64,000 nucleotides of DNA from Nitrospirota bacterium. GTDB taxonomy: Bacteria; Nitrospirota; JACRHJ01. Every line of letters starts with the position of its first letter. The first letter of the stretch is position 1. Shown here piece after piece: positions 22,179 through 32,854 of this stretch. The DNA is taken from assembly GCA_963698885.1 (NCBI GenBank), contig CAVOSJ010000003.1, forward strand, positions 553,250 through 617,249. Direction: 5' to 3'. The position numbers and the translations under genes were made by a program. The notes below the pieces were generated by a model, which saw nothing but the letters and a program-made list of their open reading frames with translations, searched no databases and was not told where the DNA came from.

Positions 22179-22841
22179 CTTCCAGCACCTTCTTCTTCAT
22201 CAGGGCTACCACTTCGTCAATTCCCAGCCCGGAGCTGTCCACGATTACCGCGTCCTGGGCTTTTTTCAGCGGCGCGATTTCCCGGTGGCTGTCGTCGTAG
22301 TCCCTCTTCGCCACGTCTTCGATTGTCTTCTGGAGGTCGGCCTCCATCCCCTTCGCCTGGAATTCCAGCCAGCGCCGCTTCGCCCTTTCCTCCACCTTCG
22401 CGTCCAGGTAAAATTTCACCTGCGGCATCGGGGAAGACCACCGTCCCTATATCGCGCCCTTCAAGCACTACCCCGCCGCCCTCGCCCAGTTTCCTCTGAA
22501 GCTCCAGGAGCCTCTCCCTTACGCAGGGCTGGGCCGATACGGCGGATGCTACCATGCCCATCTCCGGCGTGCGGATCGCTGTCACTTACGTCTTCATTAT
22601 CCAGATATACCTTGACACCGCCATCAGCCTGCTCAAGTCCGCACTTCCGTCCTCTCGCAAAGCTCCCGGAGGGCCTCCCCTCTTTCAGCTCGACACCTTC
22701 GCGGACAGCCTTCAGGCCGATTGCGCGGTACATGGCCCCGGTGTCGATATAGAGGTAGCCCAGTTCCTTTGCGAGCATCTTGCCGACAGTGCTCTTACCG
22801 GCCCCCGAAGGGCCGTCTATGGCGACGATTAATTTTTTCAT
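22165..22841 (-). CDS. cmk: Cytidylate kinase, at least two apparent frameshifts
   Basis: N-terminus [16 protein letters not shown]. Middle [30 protein letters not shown] in a second frame. C-terminus ([42 protein letters not shown]) in a third. Confidence 0.8.
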
Positions 22842-23047
22842 TCAAGTCTTTTTATTCCGTTCTATACTTTTCAAATGCATAGTTGTTGTTTATATCGTTC
22901 ACATAGTCGATGTAATAGTACTCGCGCCATTTTGCGGCGCGGGCAGCGTCATGCTTGATAACTGGTCAAAGACATCATACTTCTTCATGGTGTCGTTCTT
23001 ATTGTAGTCCCAGTCGTCGGCTATATTGCCATTGTCGTTAAAGTTAG

Positions 23048-23416
23048 TTATTTAATAATTCCTATATCTTTACCAAGAATAAAAATTAGGAACCCCAAAA
23101 TAATTAATAATAAAAGCAACCTAAGATGTTTAAACTTTAATACGCCAAAAAACTTAGCCTTATTGCTTCTATATTCGTGATGGCAATAGGGACAGACTAT
23201 TAAGTCATAATCTTTGAATTTTCTTTCAAAATTAAACCACTGCGTTGGATAAATTAAATCACTGAATGGATTCTTTTTATATAATAATAAAGATAAATTA
23301 ATCTCCTTTGCACAATGCGGGCAGACTTCTTTCTTTAACATAATTTCCCTCAATATATATAATTCTAATAGGAAGGATGAGCATACACAAAATACCGAAT
23401 TTTCCCCATAACCCAT
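23048..23416 (-). CDS. Hypothetical zinc-ribbon (CPHC...CPYCHH) protein with a C-terminal TM helix, in an AT-rich islet
   Basis: 122-aa ORF in a ~30% GC segment (22850-23420) between cmk and aroA. Confidence 0.4.
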   Translation of the reverse strand: MGYGENSVFCVCSSFLLELYILREIMLKKEVCPHCAKEINLSLLLYKKNPFSDLIYPTQWFNFERKFKDYDLIVCPYCHHEYRSNKAKFFGVLKFKHLRLLLLLIILGFLIFILGKDIGIIK

Positions 23417-23501
23417 GAATGCCTAAAAGACCAATCGGGACCGTCATAATCATGAATACTGCTAAGATAATGAACAAAAATTTAAGAAACTTGATTTCTC
23501 A

Positions 23502-24812
<1,311 letters not shown>

Positions 24813-24813
24813 A

Positions 24814-24865
24814 AAGTTTAAAAATTTTTGGCGTTACCTTTTTATAAAAAGGTAACAAAGGTCTT
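24814..24865. repeat. Copy A of a ~52-bp intergenic element with a perfect hairpin GTTACCTTTTT-ATA-AAAAAGGTAAC (tyrA-aroA junction)
   Basis: About 90% identical to 26884-26935. Sits 17 nt upstream of the aroA ATG on the minus strand. Confidence 0.5.
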
Positions 24866-25725
24866 TATTTTATCTTCTGCCTTAGCGTCTTCGCTTTTTC
24901 GAATTCCGCCTGCAGCGCGTCGCCGTCGCCTGCTTCTATCAGGCCGCGTAAGGCCTCAAGTGATTTTATATAAACATCCAGCGCGGCTTTTATGTTCCCG
25001 GCGTTCAGCAGGCAGATGTCCCGCCACATGCCGGGGTGGCTTCCGGCGATGCGGGTGAAGTCCTTGAAGCCGCCCGCGGCATAGGATATCGCGTCTTCGC
25101 CGCCGTCCATCTTTGTCAGCGCGCCGACCATCGCATACGCCGCGACGTGCGGGAGGTGGCTTACCATCCCGAACACGCGGTCGTGGTCGAACGGGTCCAT
25201 CCTCTCCACCTTCGCGCCCGCCGCCTCCCAGAGGTCGGAAACCGCTTCCAGCGCCTGAATGTCGGTATGCCTTGTCGGGGTAAGGATGCAGCGCGCTCCC
25301 TGAAAAAGTTTTAAGTCCGCCGCCTCCGCTCCTGAACGCTCGCCTCCCGCGATGGGGTGCGCCGGGACATACCGGGCCTTTAAATAAAATATCTCTTCCA
25401 GCCGCTCAACGAGACTGCCCTTGACGCTCCCCGCGTCCGTCACGACGGCCTGGTCCTTTAAATACGGCTTTATTTCCTTCGCTACCTGCTCGAACGAGCC
25501 GACGGGACAGCACAGCACCACGAGGTCGGAGCCGATGACGCCTTTCTTCGCGTCCTGCGAATAGCGGTCGATTAAGCCCAGCCGGACGGCGCTCTCAAGG
25601 TTATCTTTGTTCCTTCCCACGCCGACGACGGTCTGCGCAATACCCCGCGCCTTTATCACGCCGGCGATAGAGCCGCCGATAAGCCCTACTCCGATTACTG
25701 TCGCCTGATTAAAATGAGCGCTCAA
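24865..25725 (-). CDS. tyrA: Prephenate dehydrogenase
   Basis: NAD-binding VIGVGLIGGSIAG and PDH domain. Confidence 0.85.
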   Translation of the reverse strand: MSAHFNQATVIGVGLIGGSIAGVIKARGIAQTVVGVGRNKDNLESAVRLGLIDRYSQDAKKGVIGSDLVVLCCPVGSFEQVAKEIKPYLKDQAVVTDAGSVKGSLVERLEEIFYLKARYVPAHPIAGGERSGAEAADLKLFQGARCILTPTRHTDIQALEAVSDLWEAAGAKVERMDPFDHDRVFGMVSHLPHVAAYAMVGALTKMDGGEDAISYAAGGFKDFTRIAGSHPGMWRDICLLNAGNIKAALDVYIKSLEALRGLIEAGDGDALQAEFEKAKTLRQKIK

Positions 25726-25732
25726 AACTGCT

Positions 25733-26815
25733 TTATGCCCCCTGTAACGCTTCGGAAAGCGCTCTAATGAATCTCTCGTTTTCCTGCATCAGGCCCACCG
25801 TCACCCTTATCTGCGTCGGCCCCATCGGCCTGACGATAACGCCGCTTTTCAGTAGCGCGTCATAAACCCCACGCGCTTCCCTGTGGAGGTCTATCCAGAT
25901 GAAATTGGCCTGCGTGGGCAGGTAGTCCAGGCCCATCTTAGACATTTCCGCGTAGAGATATTTCTTGCCTTCCTCGTTCACCTTTACCGACCCCTGCACG
26001 TGCCCGTCGTCCGAGAGGGCGGCAAGCGCCGCCGCCTGTGCGAGCGAGTTTGTGTTGAAAGGCGCGCGTACCCTGTTCATCAGGTCCACGAGTTTCGGAG
26101 GCGCGAAGCCGTAACCTATACGAAGTCCGGCAAGGCCGTAAATCTTCGAGAACGTCCTAAGTATTATTATGTTCCTGCCGTCCCTTAAATATTTGAACGT
26201 ATCCGGATATTCCGGGCTGGTTACGTACTCGAAATATGCCTCGTCCACCACCACCAGCACGTCTTCAGGGACCCGCGACATGAACTCGTCCATCTCCCCC
26301 GCCGTATTCATCGTGCCGGTCGGGTTATTTGGATTGGCGATGAAGATTATCTTCGTATTGCCGTCTATCCTGTCCGCCATCGCGGAGAGGTCATGCCGCC
26401 CGTCCTTCAGGGGCACGGCCACGCCTTTTCTACCCGCCGCCTGCGTGGACATTTTATAGACGACGAATGACGGCTCCGCGAATATCGACTCCTCGCCGTC
26501 CAGAAGGAACGTGCGGACGATTATGTCCAGAAGTTCGTTCGAGCCGTTGCCCAGGATTATCTCATCCATCGGGCGGCCGAATTTTTTGCTTATCGCATCT
26601 TTTAAGTAATGCGCGGCGCCGTCGGGGTAGCGGTTGAGGCTTGCGAGATGGCCCGCGATTGCGGCGATTGCCTTAGGTGAGGGCCCGATGGGGTTTTCAT
26701 TGCTGGCGAGTTTTATGGAGCCGGTCAAACCAAGCTCGCGCTCAAGCTCATCTATCGGTTTCCCGGGAGCGTAAGGCGTCAGTCTTTCTATATATTCGGA
26801 TGTAAGTTTTTTCAT
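25733..26815 (-). CDS. hisC: Histidinol-phosphate / aromatic aminotransferase (class II PLP)
   Basis: LASNENPIGPSPKA and PLP-lysine region FSKIYGLAGLRIGY. Confidence 0.85.
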   Translation of the reverse strand: MKKLTSEYIERLTPYAPGKPIDELERELGLTGSIKLASNENPIGPSPKAIAAIAGHLASLNRYPDGAAHYLKDAISKKFGRPMDEIILGNGSNELLDIIVRTFLLDGEESIFAEPSFVVYKMSTQAAGRKGVAVPLKDGRHDLSAMADRIDGNTKIIFIANPNNPTGTMNTAGEMDEFMSRVPEDVLVVVDEAYFEYVTSPEYPDTFKYLRDGRNIIILRTFSKIYGLAGLRIGYGFAPPKLVDLMNRVRAPFNTNSLAQAAALAALSDDGHVQGSVKVNEEGKKYLYAEMSKMGLDYLPTQANFIWIDLHREARGVYDALLKSGVIVRPMGPTQIRVTVGLMQENERFIRALSEALQGA

Positions 26816-26832
26816 AATTAAAAACCAAAACC

Positions 26833-26864
26833 GTTACTTTCTTTTCACGGGAAAAGAAAGTAAC
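26833..26864. promoter_or_regulatory. Hairpin GTTACTTTCTTTTC-ACGG-GAAAAGAAAGTAAC immediately upstream of the hisC start. On the mRNA strand it is followed by GGUUUUGGUUUUUAAUU-AUG
   Basis: Perfect 14-bp inverted repeat. The U-rich tract then the start codon give a terminator/attenuator-like architecture. Confidence 0.4.
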
Positions 26865-26883
26865 ACAAAGAAAAGCGGGGTTT

Positions 26884-26935
26884 AAGTTCAAAAGTTTTTG
26901 GCGTTACCTTTTTACAAAAAGGTAACAAAGGTTTT
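26884..26935. repeat. Copy B of the ~52-bp hairpin element (pheA-hisC junction)
   Basis: GGCGTTACCTTTTTACAAAAAGGTAACAAAGG. See copy A. Confidence 0.5.
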
Positions 26936-26941
26936 GCCTTT

Positions 26942-28018
26942 TTATTTATCGATCCGTGCCGCCGGATACGCCCCCAGGACTTTAATGAACAGGCAGTTCC
27001 GGCTTAGCTCCTCGATGGCTTCCTTGACCTCCGGGTCCTCGTAATGGCCTTCGATGTCCACGAAGAAGTGGTACTCCCACGCCTTCTTGCGGGAGGGCCT
27101 GGACTCTATCTTCGTCAGGCTTATGCCGCGCTCGGCGAAGGGCTTCAGCATATCGTAGAGCGCGCCGGGCCGGTCTTTCACGGAGAACAGTATCGAGGTC
27201 TTGTCTTTCCCCGTCCGGGCGGGCGATTTTTTGGAGATTATGAGGAAGCGGGTATAGTTGTTTACGTTGTCCTCAATGCGCTCGCGCAGGATTTTGAGGC
27301 CGTATATATCAGCCGCAAGCTTGCTGCCTATAGCGGCAAGAGAGGGGTCTTCCACGGCCATCTCTGCGGCCTTCGTGGTGGATGAAGTCTCCGCGACGGG
27401 TACGTCTTTCATATTCTGTTCCAGCCAATGCTTGCACTGGGCCAGCGGCTGGGGATGCGAGTATATCTTCTTCACGTCCGAAAGCTTCCCGGTATGGTTC
27501 ATCAGGTAGTGCGAGACCTCCAGCATTATTTCGCCGGATATGTTTAAGTCCGAGTCCATGAACATGTCCAGCGTGTAGCTGATGACGCCTTCCGTGGAGT
27601 TCTCTATAGGCACTACGCCGTATTCCGCCAGGCCGCGCTCGACCTCGGCGAAGACTTCCTTTATGCTGTTCACGGGGACGTATTGCGCGGAGTACCCGAA
27701 CTGCTGGATACAGGCAAGGTGCGAGAACGTGGCCCTGGGGCCGAGATACGCTATTTTTGCGGGCGATTCAAGCGATAGCGAGGCGGAGAATATCTCTTTC
27801 AATACCGCCTGAAGGGACTCCGTAGGGAACGGGCCTTTATTCTTTTTTGCCAGCCGCTCAAGGATCTGCTTTTCGCGGTCCGGGACGTGGAAGACGGTAT
27901 TCTGCTCCTTCTTAATCCGGCCTATTTCGATGACCAGCTTGGCGCGGCTATTCAGAAGCCCCAGGAGCTCGTCATCAATCTCGTCTATTTTTTTCCTTAA
28001 GTCCTCGATCTTGGGCAT
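26942..28018 (-). CDS. pheA: Bifunctional chorismate mutase / prephenate dehydratase
   Basis: CM domain (PKIEDLRKKIDEIDDELLGLL), PDT domain, ACT domain (ESRPSRKKAWEYHFFVDIEGH). Probable true start MPKIEDL at 28018. Confidence 0.85.
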   Translation of the reverse strand: MPKIEDLRKKIDEIDDELLGLLNSRAKLVIEIGRIKKEQNTVFHVPDREKQILERLAKKNKGPFPTESLQAVLKEIFSASLSLESPAKIAYLGPRATFSHLACIQQFGYSAQYVPVNSIKEVFAEVERGLAEYGVVPIENSTEGVISYTLDMFMDSDLNISGEIMLEVSHYLMNHTGKLSDVKKIYSHPQPLAQCKHWLEQNMKDVPVAETSSTTKAAEMAVEDPSLAAIGSKLAADIYGLKILRERIEDNVNNYTRFLIISKKSPARTGKDKTSILFSVKDRPGALYDMLKPFAERGISLTKIESRPSRKKAWEYHFFVDIEGHYEDPEVKEAIEELSRNCLFIKVLGAYPAARIDK

Positions 28019-28109
28019 CGGGCCGAACACCGCCTTTTCCTTTAAAGTAGAGGAATTTATACAATAATCAGGCGTGTTTTGCAAGGAAATTGATAAGCGG
28101 GGAAACAAA

Positions 28110-29570
28110 GAGAAGTGGAGTCGGCACCTGAAACGGATAATTTCAATTTCATTTAATCTTTAGGGTTGCTTCTGCTTATTATGTTCAAGCAGCAATCTTA
28201 CACATCAGGGTTCGGTTTTTCATTATGGCGTAACCAACCTAAAGAACCGTTTTGCGCCCACCAGCTTTCGAATTAGCATCTGCGCCTGCTTCAATCCAAT
28301 GCCCGCATTGCGTCTAAATTGTTAATGTTCGGCTGCATACATCAAGACTGTCAATAGCGTTGCTTGTTTTTGCATTTACGTTCGGCCCTTGCCTATTAAA
28401 TAACGGATGATATCTCTATTCAGGCCGCCGAACTTTTAGATTAACGTCATTGCGGTACAAAATTCGATCATTTGCGCTGTAATAAATTCCAGTTAGGCCT
28501 GGAATAGCTAAAATCTCCTTAGCTCCTTTTAGTAATTTGCTATCGGTACAAACTCATCTGCGATTTGATCAGGATTTATCCGATATTCCTTTGTGCACTA
28601 GTCTGAACAATCGGTTAAATCCAGACCCTTTTCCAATGGCGTAAATAGAACAATCATTGCCCCGATAGTCTAGATTTAAAAAACAAGTTCTTGTTTTATC
28701 TAAGGGTGTAGTCAACTCTGGTTCTTCAATTTGCTTAAATAAAGGATAATCCTCCCAATATGGGGTGTCCTTTCGCATCTATTTTAATGAACGTACATTT
28801 GCAGATTGAATCAGTTTAGGGAATTCCGCTGTAAGCTTATGGTTATATCCCGCCATCGCGGTTGCAAAAATGGATGTTAGAATTTTCTTTTTCAGTAATC
28901 GAAAACTCTCTGCCACCTCCACTTTTTGAAGCTAAAATCCAATGAAGCTTTTAGTCTCCAGTATGCTGGTAGCATCTGAATATTCGATATACTTGCTAAA
29001 ATCAACCTTGTTAATTTCCTATGACTCAGTCCATTTTCCAATGAGGAACCATGTATTTATTTGCAGCCCATAACCTAAGCCAACTCACAGGATTAGCCTC
29101 TATTATATTCCGCATAAGCATTAGTACGGCATTTCATCAGTCTTAAGCTCTATTTGGTCCTTAATGAAAAGAGAAATCAGTAACGGATTTCGTGATCAAC
29201 GAGTAATATGTCTTACTCAAAAGGATATTCATAATGGACCTATTGAGACCCTTTTTTCTAATGATTCTAATGCACTAGTCTTAGATATAATTGTCTTTCT
29301 TTACTGATGCTAATGAGACCGATTTACTGTGTCGCGATGAGCATTCTTTGAAATTAAAATTTGCTTCAAGTTAATTTAAATAAATTTGTTATTTTCCTAG
29401 ATCAAATCTCTCATGTTCATTTTCTGCTTTACATTGAATGAAAAATTAGTAATATTCCTGCTCTTAATATCTCTTCCCGTTTCGCGCCTCAACTCATCGT
29501 TAATAAAAAACCCACCCCCGTTTCAGAGATGGGCTTCGATGAAATGAAAGCTTGCGGTCAAGCTTACTCT
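28110..29570 (-). pseudogene. AT-rich (~35% GC) region with degraded ORF remnants on the minus strand (fragments ...YIEYSDATSILETKSFIGF / LQKVEVAESFRLLKKKILTSIFATAMAGYNHKLTAEFPKLIQS / MRKDTPYWEDYPLFKQIEEPELTTP... separated by in-frame stops)
   Basis: Manual minus-strand translation gives long readable stretches broken by TAG/TGA stops in one frame, and stops in the other frames. No intact ORF longer than 70 aa. Confidence 0.4.
29457..29507. repeat. Left copy of a ~48-bp imperfect direct repeat (CCTGCTCTTAATATCTCTTCCCGTTTCGCGCCTCAACTCATCGTTAAT)
   Basis: Matches 29973-30020 with 5 mismatches. The two copies flank the 29573-29929 gene. Confidence 0.5.
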
Positions 29571-29572
29571 GA

Positions 29573-29929
29573 CTAAATTTTCTCTTCCAATCTGCCCACC
29601 CGCTGGTCCAGCGTTGCAATGTCGGCCAGGTTGACAAGCGTCATTTTCTCCAGCCGGGCGTGCTCCTGCTCGTTCTCATCCTTGTGTTTATCAAATACCT
29701 GGTGGATTGCCGTCATGCCTTCAGCTACAATATCAAATTTGTGCTGGACGTCCTCATAAAGAACACCCATTTCTCTTCGAAGGTCGGAAAATTGGTTGTC
29801 TATATTCTCAAATTTCCTGTCTATATTCTCAAATTTCTTATCTATATTCTCAAAGTTCTTCCCAAGGAAATCTATAAGCTCTTTATACTCGTTTTCAGAC
29901 ATGACAGTCTCCCTTTTTTTGAACATCAC
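29573..29929 (-). CDS. Hypothetical coiled-coil protein with tandem KFENIDx heptad repeats (encoded by tandem 21-bp DNA repeats)
   Basis: FENIDKKFENIDRKFENIDNQF. DNA 29796-29860 is TCTATATTCTCAAA(T/G)TTC x3. Probable real start MSENEY (SD AAGGGAG) at ~29902. Confidence 0.5.
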   Translation of the reverse strand: MMFKKRETVMSENEYKELIDFLGKNFENIDKKFENIDRKFENIDNQFSDLRREMGVLYEDVQHKFDIVAEGMTAIHQVFDKHKDENEQEHARLEKMTLVNLADIATLDQRVGRLEEKI

Positions 29930-29972
29930 AACCGACTATACATCAGACCCGGCGATGAGTCAACGGCAAACC

Positions 29973-30020
29973 TGCTCTTAATAGCTCTTCCCGTTTACCG
30001 CCGCAACTCATCGTTAATTG
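29973..30020. repeat. Right copy of the ~48-bp direct repeat
   Basis: CCTGCTCTTAATAGCTCTTCCCGTTTACCGCCGCAACTCATCGTTAAT. Followed by the tandem GCCACTTTTGAGAC x2 at 30073-30110. Confidence 0.5.
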
Positions 30021-30312
30021 ACGGCTATAAATATATGAGTGGCTTATCCGCCGTTTTTTTATCGTGCATCATGCGGAGCCACTTTTGAGACGTCAGGGGC
30101 CACTTTTGAGACATAGAAGGGGGGGTTTTGATACATCATTTTAAAAAGGTTTTTTAGGCTATTTCCTTTTATTTTACGCTAAGTTACGCCCTATAATTGC
30201 GCGCTTCCAAAAACAGAAAACCCTAAACGCAACTAATTGAAAAATAAGGACTTTATTCGGAGAATTTTCGGAATTTCGCTATCCCGGCATCAATAAATCA
30301 ATGAAATTTTAT

Positions 30313-30801
30313 TTAACGGGCGCACTCGGCATCGCTCCCGCAAATTTTTTCGACGGCATGCGGTATCGCGGGCAGAACTACGGCCAGGTTTTCCGTTGCC
30401 CCCTTAAGGCTGCCCGGCAGGTTTATTATGAGCGTCCTGCCCCGTATCCCGCAGACGGCGCGGGAGATCATCGCATGCGGAGTCTTCTTTAAAGACTCGG
30501 CCCGCATCGCCTCCGCCATCCCCGGAAGCTCCCTGTCTATTACCTCTTTCGTGGCGTCCGGAGTCACATCCCTGGGCGAGACCCCGGTGCCGCCGGTGGT
30601 CACGATAAGGTCGGCCACGCCACTTTTCGAGAACCTTATGAACCGGTCCATGATGATCTCAATCTCGTCCGGGATTATCTCGTAATGGACTATTTCCGCC
30701 GCCGCTCCTTTAAGCATCTCCATCACGGCAGGACCAGAAAAATCTTCCCGCTCGCCGCGCGAACCCTTGTCGGATATAGTGAAAACGGCCGCCTTGATCA
30801 T
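30313..30801 (-). CDS. mogA: Molybdopterin adenylyltransferase MogA/MoaB-family protein
   Basis: MIKAAVFTISDKG...TTGGTGVSPRDVTPDAT. The start ATG overlaps the MOSC gene stop (ATGA). Confidence 0.75.
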   Translation of the reverse strand: MIKAAVFTISDKGSRGEREDFSGPAVMEMLKGAAAEIVHYEIIPDEIEIIMDRFIRFSKSGVADLIVTTGGTGVSPRDVTPDATKEVIDRELPGMAEAMRAESLKKTPHAMISRAVCGIRGRTLIINLPGSLKGATENLAVVLPAIPHAVEKICGSDAECAR

Positions 30802-31232
30802 GGGGCCACCGATATTTCGTCGCCCGGCCGGACCGTACCGCCCTGAAGAACTTTTATGAAAATTCCCTCTTTCGGCATTACGCAGTCCCCCGCCTGATAA
30901 TATATCGCACAGCGGGTATGGCACTCTTTCCCTATCTGGCTCACCTCGCCCAGCGCCGGGCCAATCTTTATCTTCGTCCCTACAGGCAGCGTCACCAGGT
31001 CGATGCCTTCAGTAGTAATATTCTCTGCAAAATCGCCGGGATTCACGTTCAGCCCCGCTTTTCGCATCTTGTCTATGCTCTCTATCGCCAGAAGGCTCAC
31101 CTGCCTGTGCCACTCTGAACTCGCGTGCGCGTCGCCCTCAATGCCGAAATTTGCAATCAGCGCCGCGCTTTCCACGTTTTTCTTGCGCATCCCCTTCTTT
31201 TCGCTTACGCTTACCGCGATTACAGAGGCCAA
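30798..31232 (-). CDS. MOSC (MoCo sulfurase C-terminal) domain protein
   Basis: 144 aa, HRQVSLL..., beta-barrel MOSC pattern. Confidence 0.7.
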   Translation of the reverse strand: MASVIAVSVSEKKGMRKKNVESAALIANFGIEGDAHASSEWHRQVSLLAIESIDKMRKAGLNVNPGDFAENITTEGIDLVTLPVGTKIKIGPALGEVSQIGKECHTRCAIYYQAGDCVMPKEGIFIKVLQGGTVRPGDEISVAP

Positions 31233-31344
31233 TTTTTAAGTCCTCATAAAATGTTTAAACGTTGCTACACTAAGATATTATTGGGTTTACATTATAATAT
31301 TTACCTTTATTTGTCAAAGGATATGAGCGCGGTATAATTAATCT

Positions 31345-31641
31345 ATGGAGTTCAATTTCTTAGCTTTGGCCGAAGTCGGCGAAGGAGAAAAACCTTACAA
31401 GGGGTATTTTATTCCCCTGGAGAAGGGGTATATCCGCCTGATGGCAAGCCGTCTGGACAGAGAAGGCATGGTGGTGGCGATAAACTATTACGGGAAAAGC
31501 GATAAAGACGGGAAGGTCCTGGAACTGAACCGTGTAAACGAGAAGCGCCAGGCAGTGAGCGAGTTCGAGGCGGATCTGGCGAGGTTCAAGAAAATGCTGG
31601 AAGAATCGGGGCTTCAAATCTTTATCGAGGAGATACAATAA
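31345..31641 (+). CDS. Hypothetical 98-aa protein
   Basis: Coherent ORF with K/E-rich sequence. The opposite-strand ORF 31360..31638 looks less protein-like. Strand choice is uncertain. Confidence 0.3.
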   Translation: MEFNFLALAEVGEGEKPYKGYFIPLEKGYIRLMASRLDREGMVVAINYYGKSDKDGKVLELNRVNEKRQAVSEFEADLARFKKMLEESGLQIFIEEIQ

Positions 31642-32854
31642 GCGCGTCTTTCGCCGCCAGGAAGTACAGTCTCCCGTCCCTCTTCATCCACCCCGCTTTT
31701 TTCCCGGCGTCATCTCCGTATCCGAAATAGACGTCAACCCTTCCAGGCCCTTTTATGGCGCCGCCCGCATCCTGTGCGAGGACGAACCTTTTGAAAGCGG
31801 ACCAGCCGGAGGGGCTGTCAGCCCCTGCAAAATCGGGGGCTTCCGTATCCACGTACGCCAGCGCGCCGGAAGGGAATACGGCATGGTCCACCGCTATGCT
31901 CCTCCCGCCGGTTACGGGCTCTCCGATGCAGCCGAACGGGCCGTCATCGGCCAGGGTGAAGAAGACGTAGCTATCGTCCTGGTCCATTACGGGATCCATT
32001 TCCTCGGGGTGAGAGTGCAGGTAGTTTTTAAGCCACTCAAGCGACATCACGCCCCCTTCCGCGCGGCACTTGTCACTCAGGACAGCCCCGATGCTCCTGT
32101 ATGCCCTGCCGTTTTCCCCAGCGTAATTGATGTGCTTCCTGGAGCCGTCGGGGAAGGACAGCACACCGGAGCCCTGGACCTGAAGGAAGAATATTTCCGT
32201 CGGGTCGGCGCACCAGGCTATCTCAAGGCCCCGGCCGTCCAAGGCTCCTTCCCGGATTTCTTTCCGTTTATGGTACGGGACGAGCCTGCCGTTTTCCACC
32301 CTGCCCAGGAGCGTCCCTTTCATATCCTTCCTGAACCGCCCCAGGTCCGCAAGGACAAGGTCGTCCGGCTTTTTGTATAAAGGATATTTAAATTTTTCGT
32401 CCGGAGTGAGGCTCGCTTCGATTTCTGGGCAGTAATAGCCGGTAAAGAGGACGCGGCCTGAGCCGTTCGAACCCGTGGATTCATATACGTTGAATTTTTC
32501 CGTCACGTATTTTTTAATCAAGGCAGCCGAAGGACCTGCGAGAAGGAACTCCCTGAACTCCGAGAGCGATTTCGCCATGCCGCGCGCGGAATACCTGTCA
32601 TGCCCGAACATTATTTGTTTACGCGGGAGCTTTAAGAAATAATCTGTCGAATTTGCGGCGGCCCGGGCGAGGGAGAAAGGCTCCGCGCCATCAATAAAAT
32701 CAGGATAATCCTGTTGCCTTAGCTTGAAAAGCGCCGACGGCGCCACCGGCTTTGGGGGCTTTTCGCCCTGCGGCTTCCGGGATACCTCTTTCGGCCCGGC
32801 ACACGCCGCGAGGGAGGCAAAAACCATGAGCAGGATAAATAACTTCCTTCTCAA
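31622..32854 (-). CDS. mltA: Membrane-bound lytic murein transglycosylase A (MltA-like lipoprotein with 3D domain)
   Basis: Lipobox LAAC. MltA-specific domain and 3D domain ([15 protein letters not shown]). Confidence 0.7.
   Translation of the reverse strand: MRRKLFILLMVFASLAACAGPKEVSRKPQGEKPPKPVAPSALFKLRQQDYPDFIDGAEPFSLARAAANSTDYFLKLPRKQIMFGHDRYSARGMAKSLSEFREFLLAGPSAALIKKYVTEKFNVYESTGSNGSGRVLFTGYYCPEIEASLTPDEKFKYPLYKKPDDLVLADLGRFRKDMKGTLLGRVENGRLVPYHKRKEIREGALDGRGLEIAWCADPTEIFFLQVQGSGVLSFPDGSRKHINYAGENGRAYRSIGAVLSDKCRAEGGVMSLEWLKNYLHSHPEEMDPVMDQDDSYVFFTLADDGPFGCIGEPVTGGRSIAVDHAVFPSGALAYVDTEAPDFAGADSPSGWSAFKRFVLAQDAGGAIKGPGRVDVYFGYGDDAGKKAGWMKRDGRLYFLAAKDALIVSPR

Noticed and set aside
24826-24860. 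Interpreting the GTTACC...GGTAAC hairpins as TyrR boxes
   Set aside because: The TyrR consensus is TGTAAA-N6-TTTACA. Here the half-site orientation and spacing differ, so the resemblance is superficial.
28700-29000. Both in-frame interruptions of the best-preserved remnant ORF in the AT-rich island are TAG, which could hint at amber read-through or pyrrolysine
   Set aside because: Neighbouring frames and downstream segments are also broken by TAA/TGA. The region is decayed overall. No other evidence of stop-codon reassignment in the window.
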